Shown here piece by piece: positions 56,468 to 64,000 of a DNA stretch of 64,000 nucleotides. The stretch comes from a virus, in IMG/VR virus record IMGVR_UViG_3300029554_000010, positions 8,938 to 72,937 of that record; one strand, given 5' to 3'. The translations under genes and the position numbers were made by a program. How positions within the stretch are numbered: position 1 is the first letter of the stretch; each line of letters begins with the position of its first letter. The notes beneath the pieces were generated by a model that made no database searches, was not told the DNA's origin, and saw only the letters and a program-made list of their open reading frames with translations.

Positions 56468-56869
56468 ATGCCAGATGTAGTGAAAAATCCAGTTTCGGAT
56501 GTATTTGAACGATGGAAAGCAACTATTGAACCCGTTGTAGGAAAAGGGAACTTTTCTAATGACGAAAGTCAGACGGTAGCTTCAAACAAAAGGGTTTACG
56601 CACGTTTGTTCTTACTTGGAAATCCAACATCACGTGGCAATCTTGAGGGAGATGAGTGCGCGACAACGCCATCTTTCCAATCAGAATCCTATGCGACTGG
56701 TTCAAAAGCTTCTTCAAAAGCATATGAAATTGACGATGCCAGTCACAAGGCTATGGTTGGCATGGGGTTCCGTAGGATATACGGGCCCGTAAGACAAAAT
56801 AATGCTGATAACAGCATAAAACGTGTTGTTAGCAGATATAGCCGGATATATACTGGCACATTACTCTAG
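56468..56869 (+). CDS. hypothetical structural protein
   Basis: RBS AAGGTGG before ATG 56468. Confidence 0.45.
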   Translation: MPDVVKNPVSDVFERWKATIEPVVGKGNFSNDESQTVASNKRVYARLFLLGNPTSRGNLEGDECATTPSFQSESYATGSKASSKAYEIDDASHKAMVGMGFRRIYGPVRQNNADNSIKRVVSRYSRIYTGTLL

Positions 56870-56887
56870 GAAAGGAGTGAGAAAAAC

Positions 56888-57181
56888 ATGGAACAGATTA
56901 TGAATTACGTGAAACCGGAACTTCTTATTGTCGCGGTTGTACTGTACTTTATCGGAATGGGAATCAAAAAATCCGAAGTCATACCGGACAAATATATCCC
57001 GGCAATCCTTGGTGCTTTAGGCATTCTGATTTGTGGAATTTATGTTATTGCTACATGCGCTATATCTGGCGCACAGGAAATCGCAATGGCAATTTTTACC
57101 GCAATCACACAGGGAATCCTCGTTGCAGGACTTAGTAATTATGTAAATCAGATTGTAAAGCAGGCAAGCAAAGAAGACTAG
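56888..57181 (+). CDS. holin-like small membrane protein (2-3 TM segments)
   Basis: LLIVAVVLYFIGMGI, ILGALGILICGIYVIATCAI, AIFTAITQGILVAGL and a charged C-terminus. Confidence 0.45.
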   Translation: MEQIMNYVKPELLIVAVVLYFIGMGIKKSEVIPDKYIPAILGALGILICGIYVIATCAISGAQEIAMAIFTAITQGILVAGLSNYVNQIVKQASKED

Positions 57182-57221
57182 AAGGAGGTGATCCTTTTAT
57201 CTCCCGGTACAGGGTTACGTA

Positions 57222-57248
57222 CTAGAACCAGAGCCGTTAAGGCTCTTT
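57222..57248 (+). terminator. hairpin AGAGCCGTTAAGGCTCT plus TTTTTT
   Basis: read directly. Confidence 0.5.
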
Positions 57249-57291
57249 TTTATTGCAACAAATTATAGCCGAAAGGCAGAAAGGAGCCAAA

Positions 57292-57771
57292 ATGGCACGA
57301 TTAACTACACTTGGTGTGAAATTTTCATATGCCGTTGAAACCGTGAAAGGTACAAAACCTGCCAAATTCACACAGCTGGAAGAAGCCTCTTCCATCGGCG
57401 GTATTTCTCTTGACACAGAACAGATTGATGTTTCTGCACTGGAAGATTATCTGACTCAGTATGCAGCTGGTAGACAGGATACAGGTGGTACATGGGAAAT
57501 TGAATTCATCATGGATCCAGACAAATCTGTTAAACAGATTAAAAAACTGTACGAAGATTCTAAGACTGCAAAAACTACAGGACTGGCAACCTGGTTCCAG
57601 GTGTCATTCCCGGATATGTCCGACGCATTCTTTGTTATTGCAGAATGCGGTCGCGAAATTCCAATGCCAGAAATTGCACAGAACGAAGCAGCAACCATGT
57701 CTATTTCTCTTATCATCAATACATATAAGGGACTGGATACCAAAATTGAGCCGACAGCGGCTGCTGAATAA
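57292..57771 (+). CDS. major tail protein
   Basis: about 160 aa directly upstream of the chaperone and tape-measure genes; start MARLTTLGVKF. Confidence 0.55.
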   Translation: MARLTTLGVKFSYAVETVKGTKPAKFTQLEEASSIGGISLDTEQIDVSALEDYLTQYAAGRQDTGGTWEIEFIMDPDKSVKQIKKLYEDSKTAKTTGLATWFQVSFPDMSDAFFVIAECGREIPMPEIAQNEAATMSISLIINTYKGLDTKIEPTAAAE

Positions 57772-57795
57772 GATGTAAAACAGGGAGGATAATTC

Positions 57796-58215
57796 ATGTT
57801 TAGTTTCTCAGTAAATGATAAAACATACAAAGTAAAATTCGGATACGGAGTGCTTACTCAGTCGGACATTCTTACACAGGTGTCTTCTATGGGGGCAATC
57901 AATAATCCGAAAGATATGATTAAAATGCTTCCAGAACTGATTCTGGCAGGACTGCAAAGAAAACACAAAGATGAATTTGGATATGAAACCGAAGAAGAAA
58001 AGAAAATTGCATACGATAAAGTGTGCGATCTTCTGGACGACTACGAAGATGAATCCACAGAGGAAAATCCTCATAATGGATTTACTCTATTTGAAAAAGC
58101 GAGTAAGGAGCTTGAGAAGAACGGTTTTTTATCCGGCATGCTGAAAGCGATGGAAGAAGCCGAGAAGAATCAGAAAGTAACCAAAATGCCACAGGATCAC
58201 AAGAAGAAGAGCTGA
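57796..58215 (+). CDS. tail assembly chaperone (G-like)
   Basis: position before the tape-measure gene; contains the slippery heptamer T_TTT_TTA at 58125-58131. Confidence 0.55.
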   Translation: MFSFSVNDKTYKVKFGYGVLTQSDILTQVSSMGAINNPKDMIKMLPELILAGLQRKHKDEFGYETEEEKKIAYDKVCDLLDDYEDESTEENPHNGFTLFEKASKELEKNGFLSGMLKAMEEAEKNQKVTKMPQDHKKKS

Positions 58216-58619
58216 GCTTTCCTGAGGTAGTCCATAAAAAACTACTTCCACTTTATTTGTCTATTGGCGTTTCTGAGGAAAAGTTTTGGGATTCCACACC
58301 GTATGATTTAGAACCATACATGGAAGCCTACAAATTAAAACAAAAAATGGCCGATTCGCAAGCATGGCAGTTCAACATGTACACGATGTGTGCAGTTCAG
58401 ACTGCAGTTGCAAATGTGCTTATTGGCAAAAAGTCAAAGGCTGAATACCTTAAAGAACCATTTTCGCAAACAGCCGAAAAGCAAAAGCAAGAGGATGAAG
58501 AGAATCTTTCTGAAACAGAAAAGAAACGGCAACGTGACAGGTTGCTCATGACATTGCAACTCATGCAAGCAAATTTTGAGCTGAATCATGGTAATAATGA
58601 CGAGGGCAGGCAGGATTAA
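58116..58619 (+). CDS. tail assembly chaperone -1 frame extension (GT-like), reached by programmed frameshifting
   Basis: the -1 frame is open from 58116 and overlaps the 3' end of 57796-58215; the track's stand-alone ORF 58257-58619 uses a TTG. Confidence 0.5.
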   Translation, partial: EERFFIRHAESDGRSREESESNQNATGSQEEELSFPEVVHKKLLPLYLSIGVSEEKFWDSTPYDLEPYMEAYKLKQKMADSQAWQFNMYTMCAVQTAVANVLIGKKSKAEYLKEPFSQTAEKQKQEDEENLSETEKKRQRDRLLMTLQLMQANFELNHGNNDEGRQD

Positions 58620-58665
58620 AAGTCTTGTCTGCCCTTTATTTTTTTGATTAAAAGGAGGTGCTTTA

Positions 58666-60240
58666 ATGGCCGATAATACCATAGATACCCTCAATATACA
58701 AATAGAGAGTAGCACAACTCAGGCGGTGCGGTCTATTAATAACCTTGTAAAAAAATTAGATACATTAAACACTGCTTTTGGAAATCTTGACATAAGCCGG
58801 TTAAATAATTTTTCCAATTCTTTAAAAAGTTTAGGTAGCGTGAATTTTAAAGCAAATGGATTGAATGCGGCTATAAACGCTATCAATCGTCTTGGAAAAT
58901 CTGATTTCAGTCAGTTTGATACAGGGAAATTAGGCGAAATTCTTACCGAGATGCAGAAACTTGATGCTATTCCAGATGTTTCTCCGAGCGTTAGCCGGTT
59001 CACAACCGCTATAGCTAAACTTGCCGGTACAGGACAGTATATCGGCAATGTATCAAAGGAACTTCCGAATCTTGCGACAGGTTTAAATAATGCGGCTACT
59101 AAATTAGGCTCTATGAGCGAAGTATCAGCATCCACCAATGCTTTTATTACTTCTCTTGGAAAATTAGCTAGTGCAGGAGATAAAACCGGAAAGACTGCAA
59201 GTCAATTATCGACTCTCGCGCAAGAGGTTTTAAAGTTTTTTGACGTAATGAAAAGCGTACCAGATATCAGTTCGAGCACAATAAGAATGACAGAAGCTCT
59301 TGCAGTATTAGCATCGTCTGGAAGCAAAGTAGGGCGTGCCACAAGTAGCGTTTCGAATTCATTTAACACGCTTTCTTCGTTAGGTTCAAAAGCAAGTACT
59401 GTAATTAATGGGCTGACAAATGCTTTTCAAAAATTTGCTTCAAAAGCTATTTCTTTAGGCGGAAAAGCCGTATCTGCAATCGCAGGTATTGGAAATGCAT
59501 CTTCTGAAGCTGGTGAAAAAATAAGAAGATTGTCAAATCCTCTGAGTTCGGTAACGAATAAGTTGAGTGCTCTTTACGCCAAAGGTTTTCTCGCAAAAAG
59601 AGCATTAGATGTTCTGGCATCGCCAGTAGAATCCGCAATGAACTATGTAGAGACTCTGAACTATTTCAACTCTGCGTTCAATCAGGTGGCAGAAGGAATC
59701 AACACTAATGAATGGAAGAAAAGTGGTATAAAATCTGCTGAAGCATATGCAAATTCATTCCAAGAAAGAGCAAAACAGCTTTCACAGAAACTGACAGGAT
59801 TCGAAATTTCAGATACTGGCGAACTGACTAGAACCAATACCGCCAGTCTTGGACTTGACCCAGAAAAGACAATGCAGTATCAGGCAACATTTGCGCAGAT
59901 GGCATCATCTATGGGAGATACATCAGAGACTGCATTAAAGTTGTCTAATGTACTCACTATGATTGGCGCAGACCTTGCATCTGTAAGAAATATGAACTTT
60001 GAAGATGTATGGCAGGACATGGCATCTGGCTTGACCGGTATGAGCCGCGCTATGGATAAGTACGGCATCAATATCCGTAATGCCAACATGCAACAGGAAC
60101 TATATAATCTTGGAATTAATACCAGCATATCGAATTTGTCTCAGGCAGATAAAACGATTCTAAGAACGATTATCTTGCTGAACAACTCTAAGTATGCGTG
60201 GGCTGATTTGTCAGAAACGATAAATAGGTCAGTAGCGTGA
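58666..60240 (+). CDS. tape measure protein, N-terminal segment
   Basis: long alpha-helical A/S/L/N-rich protein in the canonical tape-measure position. Confidence 0.6.
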   Translation: MADNTIDTLNIQIESSTTQAVRSINNLVKKLDTLNTAFGNLDISRLNNFSNSLKSLGSVNFKANGLNAAINAINRLGKSDFSQFDTGKLGEILTEMQKLDAIPDVSPSVSRFTTAIAKLAGTGQYIGNVSKELPNLATGLNNAATKLGSMSEVSASTNAFITSLGKLASAGDKTGKTASQLSTLAQEVLKFFDVMKSVPDISSSTIRMTEALAVLASSGSKVGRATSSVSNSFNTLSSLGSKASTVINGLTNAFQKFASKAISLGGKAVSAIAGIGNASSEAGEKIRRLSNPLSSVTNKLSALYAKGFLAKRALDVLASPVESAMNYVETLNYFNSAFNQVAEGINTNEWKKSGIKSAEAYANSFQERAKQLSQKLTGFEISDTGELTRTNTASLGLDPEKTMQYQATFAQMASSMGDTSETALKLSNVLTMIGADLASVRNMNFEDVWQDMASGLTGMSRAMDKYGINIRNANMQQELYNLGINTSISNLSQADKTILRTIILLNNSKYAWADLSETINRSVA

Positions 60241-60491
60241 TAAATGCGTAGCTACTGGCAAGTCGCTCATATCGAAACCGTCAAGTAGGATATGAGTTAT
60301 TAGTGATGAAATAAGCTGGAAAGCCGTTTGCAACGGTAATCAGAGAGTGAAGGCTATGATTAAAAGTATAGTCAACCGCAACGCGTAGGAAGTGAAACTG
60401 TAGTTGAGATACTACAGAATATAATCTTCCCAAGAGGCATCACTATCGGACGGTACAGGTGCAGAGCCTGTGGTAAAAAGGTACGCTGGAC
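60241..60491 (+). other. ~250-nt untranslated interruption between the two tape-measure reading frames
   Basis: stop codons in all three forward frames; an in-frame TAA lies 15 nt before the ATG at 60492; ...SETINR before the gap resembles ...SLTITNR after it. Confidence 0.5.
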
Positions 60492-63400
60492 ATGCATTGT
60501 AATAATGCAGAAGTGAGGATAAAAAGCCTTACGATAACAAATCGAAATCAACCGGCAAATCAGATTCGTATGCTTCAATCTAACTTTGCATCCCTTGGTA
60601 GAACAATAGGTTCCTTATTCATTCCTATACTGCAAACAGTACTTCCATATATCAATGCAATAGTAATCGCAATACAAAGAATGTTCGCTTATATTGCAAA
60701 ACTTCTTGGAATCAAACTGTCTAACTTTGTATCATCTACTGGCGGTATTTCTGTAGATACAAGTAACATTGCGGATGATATGGATAATGCCAGTGATTCT
60801 ATTGATACTGCAAATAAGAATGCCAAAAAACTCAAAAAAACATTGTCAGTTCTTTCATTTGATGAACTGAATCAGCTTAATGACAATTCTGATTCTGGTA
60901 GTACAAGTAATCCATCTTCTGGCTCTGGAAAAGGCGGTTTGGGGCATATCGGAGCACTTGATGCAGCTTTGGACGATGCTTTGTCTGCATATCAAAAAGC
61001 ATGGGACGAAGCATTCAAGAAAATGTCCAACAGGGCAAATGAAATGGCAGATGCCATTGTAAATGCCTTTAAGAGAAAAGACTGGAAAGGTCTTGGAAAA
61101 ATCATGGCTGATGGCATTAACTGGGGAATGCAAAAGCTTTATGATTTCATTAACTGGAATAACGTAGGCCCTTACATCACTAAATTCACCAGTGCGTTCA
61201 CCCAGACTTTCAACAGCCTTGTTGATAATATCAACTGGGATTTGATGGGACGTACCGTTGGAGCTGGTATTAATACAATAGTTAATACAGCCAATCAGTT
61301 ACTTGAGGGAACGAATTTCAAAAACCTTGGCAAGAAATTTGCAGAAGGCATCATGGGGCTTTCTCGTGAAGTTGACTGGACTAATCTTGGAAATTTGATT
61401 GGTAATAACTTTATGAAGAGCTGGCACATTTTCTATGGTTTTGTTTCAAATCTTAAATATGACGAAATCGGAATTAATATCGGAAATGCCCTTAATGGTA
61501 TATTTGAGAAAATTAATTTCACAGAAATTGCTAGTGCATTAACAACTGGAATAAACGGCGCATTTACAGCACTTGCAAGCTTCACAGCAACATTCAATTG
61601 GGATGACTTCACTAAAAATCTTGGCGATGGGATTTCCAAATTTATATCCGATATGCACTGGAAAGAGAATGGAAAGGCTCTCGGAGACTTTCTTAGCCAT
61701 TTATGCGATGCCCTGATAGATGCATTAACTCCTAATACATTCAGAAAGCTTGGAGAAGGCATTGGCGATTTTATCGGGCAACTTCCATGGGGAAAATTAC
61801 TTGCAACAGCCGCTAAATTGCTCATAAGCGGATTTGGCGAAGCAATGTCTGGACTGTGGGAAAGCGGATTGTCCGGAAAGATCACAGCCGGTCTTACAAC
61901 AGCTTTTGTTGCTGTAAAAATCGCAGATATCACAGGAATCGGAACACTTGTCGGAAAACTTATCGGTCATATCGGTGATAAAATCATGGCAAAAGAAAGT
62001 GCTGATATTATTGCCGAAAAATTATCCAGTATTCTTGGACAAGGAACATCCGAAGCAACACAAGTTCTTGACGGACTGGGCGAAGCGGCAGGAACATCTG
62101 GTGGGAAATTCGCTTCACTGGCAAAAGAGTTGGGACCATTGGTAGGTACAGCGGGATTAATTGTTGGTGTAGGTGCAGCGGCGGTTTATGCAACTTCTAA
62201 AATTGCCGGTATGGTAGAAAGTATGCAAGGCGGCAATGGAGTAGGAACCACATTTGGCAATACCATGGATAATTTCATTCAGACATTACAACAACGTGGC
62301 GACATAATATCTGGTTCTGCAACGGAAATTTGGAACTTGAAAGAATCTCTCGAAAAAGAAGGAATGACAGCAGAAGAGCAATCTGCGGCAACTCAGAAGA
62401 TAATTGACAAACTCGGAGAAATGGGAGTGACATCAGATCAGGCAGAACAGGCATTTTCTTCTTTGTATCAGCAAGGACTTATCACGGATGATATGTTTGA
62501 TATTCTATCAGAATCTATCAAAACATTAGGTGATAAATCAACGAATATGGCAGGTAGTCTCAATCTTAGCAAATACTCTGTTGATGAGTTGGCAGAAGTC
62601 CTTCCGAAGTTAACTACTCAGTTGGGATTAAATTCTGACCAACAGACTCAACTTAATACCGCATTATACGATATGCCTAATGCAAGTGGTACAGCTCAGG
62701 GAGCTTATGAAAACATCATGGCAACCGCAAAAGAAATGGGATTGAATACGGAATCTGTTGCAAAGATTTTTGCAGAAACATTCCCCGATGCAGTTCAGAC
62801 CGCAAAAGAATCTGTGTCTAAGCAAACATCAGAAATTAGATGGAATACCACCAGAGATTTCAATGATGCGGCAGGTGCGGTAACAAAAGCTACTGGTCAG
62901 ATGAAGAGTACTGCCATGAGCGATTATGAGGCAATTCATTCAAAAGCCACCGAATCTTCTCAGGGAGTCGCTACGGCAACTGTAACGCAATGGGGAAGTT
63001 CTGCAAGAGAGGTTTCCAAGAACCTTGATTCAATGAAGCAAGCAGCCAACTTGAAACTGGGAGAAATGCAGAAAACTGTAGAATCCCATTTTTCATCACA
63101 GTATAATACTATGACAAATAAATGGGAAAAAGCAGCAGAGCGTATCACCGGAAGGGGGCAGATTGTTGATTCTTTAGATTCTACACTTAGCAGAAAAGTT
63201 CCGTCTATGTCAAAATATTTCGATCAACTTTCAGGTAATATTTCAAAGAGTCTGAGTAGATTACATAGTGTCGGAGCAAATGCCGCAACCAGCCTGTATA
63301 ATGGAATGAAATCCGTGAGAATGCCTACGCTTTCGTATTATATTTCTCAGTGGAAAACACATAGCCTTGGGAACGGTGGTACCAGTTCAACCCCTGTCTA

Positions 63401-63752
63401 TAGTCCGAACTGGTACGCTAAAGGTGGTTTGTTCAAAAATGCATCTGTCATTGGTGTAGGCGAAGCAGGACAGGAAGCCGTTCTTCCTTTGGAAAATCGT
63501 AAAGCCATGAAATCCATTGCCGACAGTATCATGTCTGGATATGACGGCAACATGGGACTTACGAAAGATGAGATCATGGAAGCTGTTGAGCGTGGTGTAG
63601 TTACTGCTTTGATGAACAATGGTGGCTTTGGCGGTTCTTCGCCGGAGTACATCATGAACAGCATCAAAGTGAACGAGCGTGAACTGGCGCGAATTGTCAC
63701 AAAGGCTCAGAACAACACAGATTACCGCATGAATCCGTCCCCGGCATATTGA
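60492..63752 (+). CDS. tape measure protein, C-terminal segment
   Basis: 1086 aa; begins NQPANQIRMLQSNFASLGRTIGSLFIPIL, with long G/A/S/T-rich helical repeats. Confidence 0.7.
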   Translation: MHCNNAEVRIKSLTITNRNQPANQIRMLQSNFASLGRTIGSLFIPILQTVLPYINAIVIAIQRMFAYIAKLLGIKLSNFVSSTGGISVDTSNIADDMDNASDSIDTANKNAKKLKKTLSVLSFDELNQLNDNSDSGSTSNPSSGSGKGGLGHIGALDAALDDALSAYQKAWDEAFKKMSNRANEMADAIVNAFKRKDWKGLGKIMADGINWGMQKLYDFINWNNVGPYITKFTSAFTQTFNSLVDNINWDLMGRTVGAGINTIVNTANQLLEGTNFKNLGKKFAEGIMGLSREVDWTNLGNLIGNNFMKSWHIFYGFVSNLKYDEIGINIGNALNGIFEKINFTEIASALTTGINGAFTALASFTATFNWDDFTKNLGDGISKFISDMHWKENGKALGDFLSHLCDALIDALTPNTFRKLGEGIGDFIGQLPWGKLLATAAKLLISGFGEAMSGLWESGLSGKITAGLTTAFVAVKIADITGIGTLVGKLIGHIGDKIMAKESADIIAEKLSSILGQGTSEATQVLDGLGEAAGTSGGKFASLAKELGPLVGTAGLIVGVGAAAVYATSKIAGMVESMQGGNGVGTTFGNTMDNFIQTLQQRGDIISGSATEIWNLKESLEKEGMTAEEQSAATQKIIDKLGEMGVTSDQAEQAFSSLYQQGLITDDMFDILSESIKTLGDKSTNMAGSLNLSKYSVDELAEVLPKLTTQLGLNSDQQTQLNTALYDMPNASGTAQGAYENIMATAKEMGLNTESVAKIFAETFPDAVQTAKESVSKQTSEIRWNTTRDFNDAAGAVTKATGQMKSTAMSDYEAIHSKATESSQGVATATVTQWGSSAREVSKNLDSMKQAANLKLGEMQKTVESHFSSQYNTMTNKWEKAAERITGRGQIVDSLDSTLSRKVPSMSKYFDQLSGNISKSLSRLHSVGANAATSLYNGMKSVRMPTLSYYISQWKTHSLGNGGTSSTPVYSPNWYAKGGLFKNASVIGVGEAGQEAVLPLENRKAMKSIADSIMSGYDGNMGLTKDEIMEAVERGVVTALMNNGGFGGSSPEYIMNSIKVNERELARIVTKAQNNTDYRMNPSPAY

Positions 63753-63808
63753 TTTTTGCGGTAGAATTTGATATACTAAACGAGAAATAGTTATTACATT
63801 TGTTGAAG

Positions 63809-63870
63809 AGAGCACACTAAAGATGAAACGAGGGAAAAGCCTCACGATTCTTTTGTGTGCTCTTTTTTTG
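63809..63870 (+). terminator. intrinsic terminator AGAGCACAC-loop-GTGTGCTCT plus TTTTTTT
   Basis: 9-bp stem with a 37-nt loop, followed by a 7-T run after the tape-measure stop. Confidence 0.55.
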
Positions 63871-64000
63871 TTTGGTAAAACCAACAGGCTAACCCGACGG
63901 GGGACAAGTGCAATTCCATGATGCACCTGCCTGTTGTTTTTATAAATCATGGATCTGTGGCTACAAGGCAGTCACACATTAACGACATGGAGGTTATCTA

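Noticed and set aside
63387-63950. Minus-strand ORFs (63387-63950, 63398-63700) over the end of the tape-measure gene
   Set aside because: Antisense to the tape-measure gene and running through its terminator; no independent support.

Overview
This window reads as an almost complete temperate siphovirus-like phage or prophage from a low-GC Firmicutes (Clostridia-type) host, apart from the far left end. I read it by eye, with no searches, so every family assignment comes from motifs I recognise and is a hypothesis.

From left to right:
- **Left end (1-3.4 kb):** a LytTR-type response regulator and two secreted proteins. These could be host DNA or phage cargo.
- **Immunity switch (3.5-5 kb):** a divergent CI-like XRE repressor and a Cro-like gene separated by three 16-bp palindromic operators, followed by an ORF6N-type antirepressor.
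- **Early region (5-28 kb):** many small genes, then a recombination module (SbcC/Rad50-like ATPase, RecT, metallo-beta-lactamase-fold protein, SSB). It also carries a GIY-YIG nuclease, a PAPS-reductase-like protein, a Lar-like restriction-alleviation protein and a YopX protein. It ends with the replication genes (replisome organizer and DnaC-like loader).
- **Accessory block (28-38.4 kb):** a large serine recombinase sits in the middle of the genome, followed by ~0.9 kb of largely non-coding DNA with a consensus DnaA box. Six direct TAAGGCACA(A/G)AA repeats flank a 65-aa gene. Further on are an AT-rich palindromic zone, an XRE regulator and a Hin-like DNA invertase cassette.
- **tRNA-like array (38.8-40.45 kb):** a degenerate run of seven T-arm motifs with one clean tRNA-Met(CAT).
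- **Zinc-ribbon mini-proteins (40.4-43 kb):** about ten small CxxC proteins.
- **Packaging and morphogenesis (43-64 kb):** SPFH protein, large terminase, portal, scaffold, capsid, connector, major tail protein, chaperones with a -1 frameshift signal, and a tape-measure gene split by ~250 untranslated bp.

The most unusual feature is an island at 50.8-55.2 kb inside the head-tail module. It holds an XhlA-like protein, a sigma region-4-like regulator, four strongly composition-biased proteins and two HExxH peptidases. Two 23-nt intergenic boxes recur in the late region, each followed by a terminator hairpin. No CRISPR array or rRNA is present.
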